DNA of 32,000 nucleotides from an uncultured Opitutales bacterium (GTDB lineage Bacteria; Verrucomicrobiota; Verrucomicrobiia; Opitutales; Intestinicryptomonadaceae): NCBI GenBank assembly GCA_934660865.1, contig CAKUIA010000015.1, positions 30,001 to 62,000 of the forward strand, read 5' to 3'. Shown piece by piece: positions 24,195 to 32,000 of this stretch (position 1 is its first letter; each line of letters starts with the position of its first letter). The notes under the pieces were generated by a model. It saw only the letters and a program-made list of their open reading frames with translations, ran no database searches and was not told where the DNA came from. The position numbers and the translations under genes were made by a program.

Positions 24195-25666
24195 TGAACT
24201 ACCCGATTGTATTTAAAATGCTTTCCATGGTGTTCGGCACTCTCTCGATTGCCGTGGGGGCTTGCGCGTGCATGTGCGCGTATTTTGGCAACTCTATTTT
24301 AGAGCAGGAGGCATTGCCGAATTGGATAACCTGTTTTGCCGTTTGCATTTTGGTTTCGGTTATATTTTATATACCCGGCAAAAGCGCGCAAATGAAGCTT
24401 TTTAAGCGCGAGGCCATGTGCGTTATAGGCCTTTCGTGGCTGTTTACGTCGTTTTTCGGGGCGCTGCCTTATGTGCTTATTTTAAACGCTAATTTTGCCG
24501 ACGCATTTTTCGAAAGCGCAAGCGGCTTTACTACAACGGGGTCGAGCGTATTTTCGTCGGTCGAAAACTTCCCCCGCAGCCTTATTCTATGGCGTTCTTT
24601 AAGCCAGTGGATTGGCGGCTTGGGCGTTGTGGTTTTGTTTGTGGCAATACTCTCGTTTTTGGGGGCTTCGGCAAGAATACTGTATTCGTACGAATCCAGC
24701 GCAAAGTCGTACGAGCACGACAGCGGGCAAATCCGCAACGGGGTTTTCAGAATTTTTGCGGTATACCTTTTTTTGTCGGCGGCTTGCGCCGTTTGCTACA
24801 AGCTTTGCGGCTTGGGCTGTTTCGACGCATTTTGCCACATGCTTACAACGGTGCCTTCGGGCGGTTTCGGAACCTTCGAGCAAAACATAGGCTCGCTTAA
24901 CAACCCCGCTTTGGAATGGGCCATGATATTCTTTATGTTCGTTAGCGGTGTAAGCTTTATATACATACTTTCGCTTTTAAGGGGCAATTTTGAATATATA
25001 AAAAGGAATACCGAATTTTTTGCATATGTAGCAGTTTTGGCGTTTTCGACTTTTGTGGTGTTCGTTTCGCGCGAAAACTATTCGGGCTTTTCCGATGCGC
25101 TTGCAAATTTTAGAACTTCGGCGTTCCAGTGCGTTTCGATTATGACGAGCACGGGCTATGCCGTTTGCGACTACCAAACCTGGAAACCCATAACGCACAT
25201 TCTGTTTTTTGTATTGATATTCATAGGCGGGTGTTCGGGTTCCACAAGCGGCGGGCTTAAGGTTGCAAGGGCCGTTGCCGCCGTAAAGCTTGCGGTGGCG
25301 CACTTGGCGCGCTCGTATAGGCCAAGGCTTGTAAACCCCGTAAAGCTGAACGGCAGGGTGCTTACCGAAAGCGGCTCGGTGGAAATCCTTACATTCATTG
25401 TATTGTATGTTTTGGCCTTTTTTGCGGGAACGCTTGTAATTTCAATGCTCGAGCCCGAAACCAGTTTCGAGGGCGCAATGTCGGCGGTAATTGCAAGCTT
25501 GTCGAACGTTGGCCCCGGCTTCGGCGAATTCGGCCCGTTTTCGGACTATTCCGCGCTGTCGGTAGCGTCGAAGCTTGTGCTGGCGTTTGTTATGATTTTG
25601 GGCAGGATAGAGCTTTACGCAATTTTGGCGCTTTTTGCGCCGTCTTTTTGGAAAACTTTTAGGTAG
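24194..25666 (+). CDS. trkH: Trk-type potassium transporter membrane subunit
   Basis: 490 aa and polytopic. Pore-loop motifs are SGFTTTGSSVF, TVPSGGFGT, MTSTGYAV and SNVGPGFG. Confidence 0.9.
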   Translation: MNYPIVFKMLSMVFGTLSIAVGACACMCAYFGNSILEQEALPNWITCFAVCILVSVIFYIPGKSAQMKLFKREAMCVIGLSWLFTSFFGALPYVLILNANFADAFFESASGFTTTGSSVFSSVENFPRSLILWRSLSQWIGGLGVVVLFVAILSFLGASARILYSYESSAKSYEHDSGQIRNGVFRIFAVYLFLSAACAVCYKLCGLGCFDAFCHMLTTVPSGGFGTFEQNIGSLNNPALEWAMIFFMFVSGVSFIYILSLLRGNFEYIKRNTEFFAYVAVLAFSTFVVFVSRENYSGFSDALANFRTSAFQCVSIMTSTGYAVCDYQTWKPITHILFFVLIFIGGCSGSTSGGLKVARAVAAVKLAVAHLARSYRPRLVNPVKLNGRVLTESGSVEILTFIVLYVLAFFAGTLVISMLEPETSFEGAMSAVIASLSNVGPGFGEFGPFSDYSALSVASKLVLAFVMILGRIELYAILALFAPSFWKTFR

Positions 25667-25675
25667 AGGTAAAAA

Positions 25676-26422
25676 ATGACAAAACTCGGAGTAAATATAG
25701 ACCACAGTGCAACGTTAAGGCAGGCTCGCTATTGCGATACCGATTTTAATTCGGGCATAGTTATAGAACCCGATATTTTCGAAATCGCAAGGGCGGCATT
25801 AAAAGGCGGGGCCGATTCTATTACGGTTCACCTTAGGGAAGACCGCCGCCATATTAGAGACTGCGACGTTTTCAACCTTACAAAAAATTTAAACGCCCCC
25901 ATAAATATGGAAATGGCATGCACCGAGGAAATGGTGCAAAAGGCGCTGGAATATAAGCCAAACTATGTTTGCGTTGTTCCCGAAAACCGCAAAGAGATAA
26001 CAACCGAAGGCGGGCTAAACGTTGTCGGCAAATTTAACGAAGTGATGGCCGCCACAAAAAAGATGCAGGACGCGGGCATTAGGGTTTCGCTTTTCATAGA
26101 TCCCGATTTGCGGCAAATTGCCGCGGCAAAAAAGGCGGGCGCGCAGGCGGTAGAGCTTCATACGGGGGCTTACGCAAACGCCTGGAACAACCCCGAAAAA
26201 TTCGAGGCCGAAAAGCAAAGGCTAAAGGTTGCACGCAATTTTTGCGAAGAGCAAAATTTAATAGTAAACGCGGGCCACGGCCTAAACTACAAAAATTTGC
26301 CAGACTTTAAAACACTGGGCAAGTTTAACGAATTAAACATTGGGCATACCATTGTTTGCAGGGCGCTGCTTGTGGGCATGGAATGTGCAGTGCGCGAAAT
26401 GAAGGAACTTGTCTGCAAATGA
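25676..26422 (+). CDS. pdxJ: pyridoxine 5'-phosphate synthase
   Basis: 248 aa. LGVNIDHSATLRQAR...ITVHLREDRRHIRDCDV matches E. coli PdxJ (LGVNIDHIATLRNAR...ITVHLREDRRHITDRDV). VELHTG and NAGHGL blocks are also present. Confidence 0.92.
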   Translation: MTKLGVNIDHSATLRQARYCDTDFNSGIVIEPDIFEIARAALKGGADSITVHLREDRRHIRDCDVFNLTKNLNAPINMEMACTEEMVQKALEYKPNYVCVVPENRKEITTEGGLNVVGKFNEVMAATKKMQDAGIRVSLFIDPDLRQIAAAKKAGAQAVELHTGAYANAWNNPEKFEAEKQRLKVARNFCEEQNLIVNAGHGLNYKNLPDFKTLGKFNELNIGHTIVCRALLVGMECAVREMKELVCK

Positions 26423-26814
26423 GCGGTATTCAGGGAGGCGTTGTAGCTGTAGGCACTGATATTTGCGATGTCGAAAGGGTGCAAAATATGATTTTGCGCT
26501 ACGGCAGCGCCTTTCTCGAAAAGACCTTTACCGAAAGCGAAATTGCATATTGCAGCAAGTTTAAAAACAGCGCCGAAAGGTTTGCCGCCCGCTTTGCCGC
26601 AAAAGAGGCAATGGCAAAGGCTTTGCAATGCGGCTTTGCCGAAGGCGTTTCGCCGAAGTCGCTTTCGGTGCAAAATTCGGAAAACGGTGCGCCCTACGCC
26701 GTGCTGGACGACTGCGCAAAAAATAAAATGCTGGCTATGGGCGGCAAAAAAATGCACATAAGCCTTAGCCATTTAAAAGACTATGCCGTGGCCTATGCGG
26801 TAATTTCGGGATAA
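26419..26814 (+). CDS. acpS: holo-[acyl-carrier-protein] synthase
   Basis: I prefer ATG 26419, which forms an ATGA overlap with the pdxJ stop, over the track start at 26356 inside pdxJ. 131 aa. VGTDICDVERV...FTESEIAYC......RFAARFAAKEAMAKAL is the AcpS pattern. The pdxJ-acpS adjacency is conserved in many bacteria. Confidence 0.88.
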   Translation: MSGIQGGVVAVGTDICDVERVQNMILRYGSAFLEKTFTESEIAYCSKFKNSAERFAARFAAKEAMAKALQCGFAEGVSPKSLSVQNSENGAPYAVLDDCAKNKMLAMGGKKMHISLSHLKDYAVAYAVISG

Positions 26815-26817
26815 AAA

Positions 26818-28308
26818 ATGAAGATAGCCCCCATAATGGATTTGCACGAGTCGGCCGATTTCGAAAAGGAATATTTCGAAAACACCAATGCCGATTCGCT
26901 TTCGGTTATAAGGAAAGTAGGCAAAAAAATAGCAAAGGATTTTTTTAAGCAGACTAACTGCAAACCAAAGCGCATTGCTCTTTTGCTGGGCAAGGGCAAC
27001 AACGCCGCCGACGCCGTGGCCTTCGCATTAAAGCTCTGCAAAAAATTCCCGAAATGCAAAGTCTGCATTTGCCTGTTTTTCGCCGAATCGAAGTTGGGAG
27101 TCAATTTGCGCACGCTGCTTTGCGAGCTTGAAAACGGCTTTTGCACCGAGCGAAAAAGCCTTTCGGAAATCTCCGAAAAACGCTACGACATTGTAGTAGA
27201 AGGCATTGCAGCCCTCCGCTTTAGCGGCGGGCTTTCCCCCGAATTTTGCGGGTATGTAAACGCCGCAAACGCTTTGCAAAGCAGCTATAAAATTGCCGTA
27301 GACATGCCTTTCGGCATAGGCGAAAAGCCAGCTTTAACCGCCTTTGCCGCCGACTATACATACGCAACGGGCATTGCAAAATCGCCCTTGTTTTGCGATT
27401 TCAACGCAAAATATGTCGGGCGCATAAGGTATGTAGACATAGGATTTTTCGACGATTTTAAAGGCAAAGCCCCAAAATACATCTACAACACAAGGCAAAG
27501 CTTGCGCTTTTTTAAGAAGTTGCGCAGTGCAGATACCGACAAGCGCAGCTACGGCTTTTTGACCATTGCGGGAGGCTCGCGCGAGTATAAGGGCGCCGTT
27601 TTGCTTAACGCAAAGGGCGCGCTAAAAAGCGGGGTAGGGCTTTTGCGCGTATGCGTGCCCGAGGGCTTGGATATTGCATTTGCGGGCTTTGCCCCCTCGG
27701 CTATGTGGACGCCTTGCCCCGTTTGCGAAAACGGCTTTCTGGCGTTGGAGGGTTTAAAGGACATCGTAAAATATGCGGGCAAATCTACTGCGCTTTTGTT
27801 GGGCTCGGGTGCGGGCAGAACATTGGAGACAAGAACTCTTTTTATTGAATTGATAAAAAGTTTTAACTGCCCGATTGTTTTGGACGCCGACGCAATTTGC
27901 CCCGAATGTTTGCAGGCATGCAAAGACGCAGGCAGGCGCGTTTTAATTTGCCCGCACAACGGCGAATTTTTGCGCCTGGCTAAAGACTGTTCCGACCAAA
28001 GCCTAATGCAGGTTGCAAAGCAATACAACGCAACCGTTATGCTTAAGGGGCGTTTTGTAAGGGTTTGCAACGGCGAAAACATTGTCGTCAACACCGAGGG
28101 CACTCCCGCCCTTGCCAGGGCTTCTACGGGCGATATGCTAGCCGGCATTGCGGCGTCTTTGCTTGCAAACAAAGAATTTAACATTTCGCCGCCCGAGGCT
28201 GCGTTGGCGGCGTATTCCATATTGGGCAAAGCCGCAAACAAGGCCGCAAAAAAATGCGGCGAAAACGCGGTGGTTGCCTCGGAAATACTGCAATATATTA
28301 AAATATGA
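26818..28308 (+). CDS. nnr: bifunctional NAD(P)H-hydrate repair enzyme (epimerase / ADP-dependent dehydratase)
   Basis: 496 aa. The N-terminal YjeF_N half has LLLGKGNNAADAVAFA. The C-terminal carbohydrate-kinase half has KRSYGFLTIAGGSREYKGAVLLNAKGALKSGVGLLRV, ...LDADA... and STGDMLAGIAASLLA. Confidence 0.88.
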   Translation: MKIAPIMDLHESADFEKEYFENTNADSLSVIRKVGKKIAKDFFKQTNCKPKRIALLLGKGNNAADAVAFALKLCKKFPKCKVCICLFFAESKLGVNLRTLLCELENGFCTERKSLSEISEKRYDIVVEGIAALRFSGGLSPEFCGYVNAANALQSSYKIAVDMPFGIGEKPALTAFAADYTYATGIAKSPLFCDFNAKYVGRIRYVDIGFFDDFKGKAPKYIYNTRQSLRFFKKLRSADTDKRSYGFLTIAGGSREYKGAVLLNAKGALKSGVGLLRVCVPEGLDIAFAGFAPSAMWTPCPVCENGFLALEGLKDIVKYAGKSTALLLGSGAGRTLETRTLFIELIKSFNCPIVLDADAICPECLQACKDAGRRVLICPHNGEFLRLAKDCSDQSLMQVAKQYNATVMLKGRFVRVCNGENIVVNTEGTPALARASTGDMLAGIAASLLANKEFNISPPEAALAAYSILGKAANKAAKKCGENAVVASEILQYIKI

Positions 28309-29441
28309 ACGATAGCGATTTTCAATATATGCGTTTGGCGGCCGTGCCGGAAGTGGGGGCGAAAATGGCTTCGAGGCTGCTCGAAAAATTCGGCTCGGTA
28401 GAAAACGTTTTTTCGGCGTCAAAAAGCGAGCTTATGCAGGTCGAAAGAATGCGCCAAAAGTGCGCCGACAGCATTTTGGCAAGCGCAAATATTATAGACA
28501 ATGCCTATCTTGAAAGAATGGCGAAACTGAAAATCGAATATATAGGCTCCGAAAATGAAAAATATCCGCAGAGTTTGCGCCCGTTCGATTCCATGCCCGT
28601 TGGCCTTTACGTTAGGGGCAATGCCGACATATTGAATATGCCCTGCGTTGCCATTGTAGGCACCCGCTTTTGTTCGGTTTACGGGCAGATGTGCGCCAGG
28701 GCCTTTGCAAGGGATTTTGCCCGGGCCGGCTTTTGCGTTGTAAGCGGAATGGCGCGCGGCATAGATTCGTATGCGCACATAGGGGCATTGGAGGCAAACG
28801 GCAAAACGGTTGCGGTTTTGGGCAACGGGGCCGATGTTGTATATCCGCCCGAAAACGCCAAACTGTACGAAGAAATTTCGAAACTGGGCGCGGTTGTTTC
28901 GGAATTTAAATTGGGCCAGCGCGCCGACAGGGCGTCTTTTCCCATGCGCAACAGGATAGTTGCGGGGCTGTCGCTTGCGGTTGTCGTAATAGAATCGGGG
29001 CTAAAGGGAGGCAGTATGATTACCGCCTCGATTGCCGCCGAGCAGGGCAAAGACGTTTTTGCAGTTCCGGGGCGCATAGACAGCGAAAGCTCGGCGGGCT
29101 GCCACGCGCTTATAAAAGACGGGGCGTTGCTTGCAACCTGCGCAAGAGACGTTATAGAGCAGCTTAGGTTTTGCGGCAGGGCAGACGCTCCCGAAAAGGT
29201 TTGCGCAACCCAAAGCGAATTGGATTTGCAAACGCCCAAAATTTCCAAGCTGGATTTGGGGGTGCTTGGCGGCGACGAAAAGTTTGTTTTTGAATTTTTT
29301 AGAAACGGGGCCAAATTTTCGGCCAACGAAATTTCGCTTAAATGCGATATGCCGCCCTCGAAAATTGCGGTGTGCCTTTCGATGCTGGAAATTAAAAAAT
29401 TTGTAAAGCGCACGGCGGGCGACAAATACGAGCGAATGTAG
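28305..29441 (+). CDS. dprA: DNA-processing protein DprA (Smf)
   Basis: 378 aa. VAIVGTRFCSVYGQMCARAFARDFARAGFCVVSGMARGIDSYAHIGALEANGKTVAVLGNGADVVYPPEN and FPMRNRIVAGLS are canonical DprA. Its start forms an ATGA overlap with the nnr stop. Confidence 0.9.
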   Translation: MNDSDFQYMRLAAVPEVGAKMASRLLEKFGSVENVFSASKSELMQVERMRQKCADSILASANIIDNAYLERMAKLKIEYIGSENEKYPQSLRPFDSMPVGLYVRGNADILNMPCVAIVGTRFCSVYGQMCARAFARDFARAGFCVVSGMARGIDSYAHIGALEANGKTVAVLGNGADVVYPPENAKLYEEISKLGAVVSEFKLGQRADRASFPMRNRIVAGLSLAVVVIESGLKGGSMITASIAAEQGKDVFAVPGRIDSESSAGCHALIKDGALLATCARDVIEQLRFCGRADAPEKVCATQSELDLQTPKISKLDLGVLGGDEKFVFEFFRNGAKFSANEISLKCDMPPSKIAVCLSMLEIKKFVKRTAGDKYERM

Positions 29442-29513
29442 CTTTTTATTTTGCGCATTTTGCGCACTCTTTTTGTTTGCAAAGGAATTTGCGTTATAGT
29501 AGTTTTTTTGCGA

Positions 29514-32000
29514 ATGAAAATGAGATTTATTAAATTTGCAATGTTGGCGGCAAGCGCAATGTTTGCGCTATGTAAAACCGTTTCGGCCAAAGTAGCCGAA
29601 ACCGAAAATGCCTTTGTTGTTTCTGGCGAAAACTATGCTGTTGATTTCTGCAAAACAAGCGGGGCAATAACAAGAGTAGAAAGCCTCGGCAAAAATTTGG
29701 AGCTTGGCTTTGACGGCAATTTGTGGACGGCAAAGTTTGCCGACAAAAGCCAAATGGCCTCTAAAAACGCGAAGTTTGCGGGCAAAATAGAAAACGGCAG
29801 GCTTTGTCTAAACTACGAAAGCGAAGACATAGACGTTGTAATTTCCGTAAAAGACGGCAAAGATTTTTTGGAAATAGAAAGCAACTACACCCCAAAGAAG
29901 GCGGATTTGTTGGAGTTTTCGGTTCCATCTTGCTTTGCGTTTAAGCCCGAAAATTTGGTGTCGCTTTCGGCCGAGTTTAACTACCCGCGCAACTCGGGGC
30001 TGGTTTTCAACAAAAACTTTTTTATGCCCAAAAATATGTCCAGCCAAAACATATTTTGGGTGCGCGGTAAAAACTACGGCATGGGCGTTTACAAAAAAAT
30101 ATTCGGATCTTCGATGAAAAGCTACGAGCCGTTTAGGGAGCAAAGCCCCATAACTTTGGGCAAAGACGCCGCCGAATGGCTGGGCGAAAGGCTGTGCAAA
30201 GAGCTTGTAAAAACCGAGAAAATCCCCACAAGAACATTCGGCAAAAATTCGGCCGACATAGTTATTGCAAACTCAAAAAACGGAGTGTTTATAGGCGGCA
30301 AAAAAATCGGCGAAGGAGCAATTTTCAGAATAGGCGGCTGGTTTTTAAAGGACGAGTCGCAGGTGGAATATGTAAAGGCAATGGCGCTACATTCGGCAAA
30401 GCTGTTGTCTAAAACAAAGCGCAATAAAATTTGCGTTATAGACTGCAACACAAACCAGTGGGAAAACCCCAGGCCCTCCGAATATGTTGCGGCTTTCGGC
30501 AACGTGAAAAACTTTTGCGTTATAAGAAACGCAAACCAACTGCAGCAGGCTTTGGAGGCCGATGATGTTGCCGCGATAATAAACCCTCTGCAGGAATGTT
30601 GTTTGCCGTGGCCCGACGGCACGCTTATGGATTTGGTTGAGCCGCTAAGGGAGTTTGCCGAAAACGGCGGCTATTGGTTCGAAACGGGCGGCTTTAGCTT
30701 TATGCGCCAAATGGAGCCAAAAAAATACTTTTCGGTTAAAAACCGCGTTCCATCGGCGATAGCAGATTTCATACACTTTAATATGCTGGGCAAAAACGTT
30801 GCGCTGTATTCGGTGCAGCCCATAACCTGGCAGCCATTTGAGGGCTTGAACGACAAGACAAAGATATTTACGCCGTCTGAATTTTCGTTTGGCGGCAACG
30901 AAAACGGCGGCTATGTAGACAGGGCGTTTTTAGCCTATGTAAACAAGGGCGAAAGCTTTAAAGCCCCCAATGTAAAAATCCTTTTCGGCAAGGGCGAAAT
31001 AGAAAGCGCAAAAAGTTTTTGCCAAGACAACAAAGTCTTAAAAAAGCTTGAGCAGAAAATGCCGCAGAAGTTTTTTGGAAAGTTCAAAAAATCGGTTATG
31101 ATGAAAGTGAACGATTCGAATACAAAAGACGCCATGCAGACTGTTGCCGCCCTGGATTTTCCGATGGTTGTGCACGTTTCGGGCTACCTTAGGGGAGGTT
31201 TCGACAAGCAGTATCCCGACCACTATCCGCCGAGGGCGTCGTACGGAACAAACGAAGAATATTTGGCGTTTATAGAATTTTGCAAATCAAAGGGGCATTT
31301 ATATATGCCATATACAAACAACACCTGGTGGTGCGATTCACCCAAGGGGCCCACTTTCGAGGCAAAGGGCAGAGCCGCTCTTTCGCTTGACGAAAACGGA
31401 AAGGAAATTTTCGAAAAATACGGCACGGCCGAAGGCTGGACAACCTGTATGTGGCAAAAAGACGTTAGAGACGCCAACGACAAGCTGCTTAAAGAATCGC
31501 TGGTAGACTATAAAAGCGACATAGTTTTCCAGGACCAAAGCGGGGCAAGGGCGTTTAGATACGACTACAACAAGGCGGCGCCCACGCCAAGCGCATATTC
31601 CGAGGGCTTTATTTCAACCGTAATGCGCGATTCGAAAAAGGCGTATTTGTCTACCGAAGACGGTTGGTGGGGCATTTGCGACGGCGAAATACAGTTTTGC
31701 GGAATGTCGTTTTCGTTTATGCAACAGGGCAAATGGTATAAGTGCATTTGGGATACTTTCCCCAAAGACAGCTTTACATTGGGCAACCTAACGGGCGCGT
31801 TTTTCCACGACAAAGTTTCGCTTACCCACCACGATTTGGGAACCGACGTAAATACGCCGCGCAAGCTTGTATATACCGTCGCCTACGGCTATTCGATGGT
31901 AAACCAGCTGTATGTAAGGCAGCTTAATTTTGCGCACCTAATAGAGTGGAGGCGCTGGACGGCGCAAATTCAAATGTCGCTTTTGTCGAAACTAATAGGC
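29514..32000 (+). CDS. large secreted protein of unknown function (C-terminus runs off window; 829 codons visible)
   Basis: Not in the ORF track because it is open at the window edge. My translation from ATG 29514 gives MKMRFIKFAMLAASAMFALCKTVSA|KVAETENAFVVSGENYAVDF..., with a signal peptide, and stays open to 32000 (2487 nt). The later region (HVSGYLRGGFDKQYPDHYPPRASYGTNEEYLAFIEFCKSKGHLYMPYTNNTWW...IVFQDQSGARAF) loosely recalls TIM-barrel glycoside-hydrolase-like DUFs, which is unverified. All listed minus-strand ORFs in 29530-31864 are antisense to it. Confidence 0.7.
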   Translation, partial: MKMRFIKFAMLAASAMFALCKTVSAKVAETENAFVVSGENYAVDFCKTSGAITRVESLGKNLELGFDGNLWTAKFADKSQMASKNAKFAGKIENGRLCLNYESEDIDVVISVKDGKDFLEIESNYTPKKADLLEFSVPSCFAFKPENLVSLSAEFNYPRNSGLVFNKNFFMPKNMSSQNIFWVRGKNYGMGVYKKIFGSSMKSYEPFREQSPITLGKDAAEWLGERLCKELVKTEKIPTRTFGKNSADIVIANSKNGVFIGGKKIGEGAIFRIGGWFLKDESQVEYVKAMALHSAKLLSKTKRNKICVIDCNTNQWENPRPSEYVAAFGNVKNFCVIRNANQLQQALEADDVAAIINPLQECCLPWPDGTLMDLVEPLREFAENGGYWFETGGFSFMRQMEPKKYFSVKNRVPSAIADFIHFNMLGKNVALYSVQPITWQPFEGLNDKTKIFTPSEFSFGGNENGGYVDRAFLAYVNKGESFKAPNVKILFGKGEIESAKSFCQDNKVLKKLEQKMPQKFFGKFKKSVMMKVNDSNTKDAMQTVAALDFPMVVHVSGYLRGGFDKQYPDHYPPRASYGTNEEYLAFIEFCKSKGHLYMPYTNNTWWCDSPKGPTFEAKGRAALSLDENGKEIFEKYGTAEGWTTCMWQKDVRDANDKLLKESLVDYKSDIVFQDQSGARAFRYDYNKAAPTPSAYSEGFISTVMRDSKKAYLSTEDGWWGICDGEIQFCGMSFSFMQQGKWYKCIWDTFPKDSFTLGNLTGAFFHDKVSLTHHDLGTDVNTPRKLVYTVAYGYSMVNQLYVRQLNFAHLIEWRRWTAQIQMSLLSKLIG

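Noticed and set aside
26356-26418. Track start of acpS at 26356 (inside pdxJ), and track start of esterase 8558.. at 9367
   Set aside because: In both cases a downstream ATG forms a 4-nt ATGA stop/start overlap with the preceding gene. It also gives the expected N-terminus: the AcpS core in one case and a signal peptide MRFLLIIL... in the other.
27549-29590. Long minus-strand ORFs 27549..28325 (258 aa) and 28679..29590 (303 aa)
   Set aside because: They are antisense to nnr and dprA, both of which have canonical motifs. The translations are low-complexity Ala/Ser/Pro-rich, as expected from the reverse frame of GC-rich codons.

Overview
Dense bacterial chromosomal window with about 31 protein genes. 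I found no rRNA, tRNA, CRISPR array, transposase or integrase. Most of it is ordinary housekeeping in long co-directional blocks. (a) Minus-strand operon 5805->1: two secreted TPR proteins plus a membrane-anchored vWA-like protein, which runs off the window and is absent from the ORF track. (b) coaB overlapping a NYN-domain gene. (c) Minus-strand LysM / NUDIX / DUF721(DciA-like) block. (d) iorA-iorB-paaK-ACT arylpyruvate fermentation cluster ending in a clear terminator. (e) trkA-trkH-pdxJ-acpS-nnr-dprA block. (f) A large secreted protein of unknown function that runs off the right edge and is also absent from the track. The accessory part is 7.3-15.2 kb, all on the minus strand. It holds a Sec-signal RHS/YD-repeat protein (1234 aa) whose 146-aa C-terminal module I cannot place, with a candidate immunity gene starting 1 nt after its stop. 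Downstream are a visibly AT-rich stretch containing an esterase pseudogene remnant and an orphan 123-aa ORF. Then come two paralogous secreted esterases translationally coupled to an N-terminally short O-antigen-ligase-like membrane protein. A second item of interest is a class-II Fic gene bracketed by about 48-bp direct repeats with nested CTCCGCA/TGCGGAG inverted repeats. The downstream repeat looks like the leader and first codons of a lost second copy. Next to it is a 52-aa 'small basic protein' gene with a strong terminator, below the ORF-track size cutoff. That gene, the secreted TPR proteins and the IOR genes suggest an anaerobic PVC-group (Lentisphaerota/Verrucomicrobiota-like) host, which is inference only. 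All family assignments come from reading motifs by eye. No database search was run.
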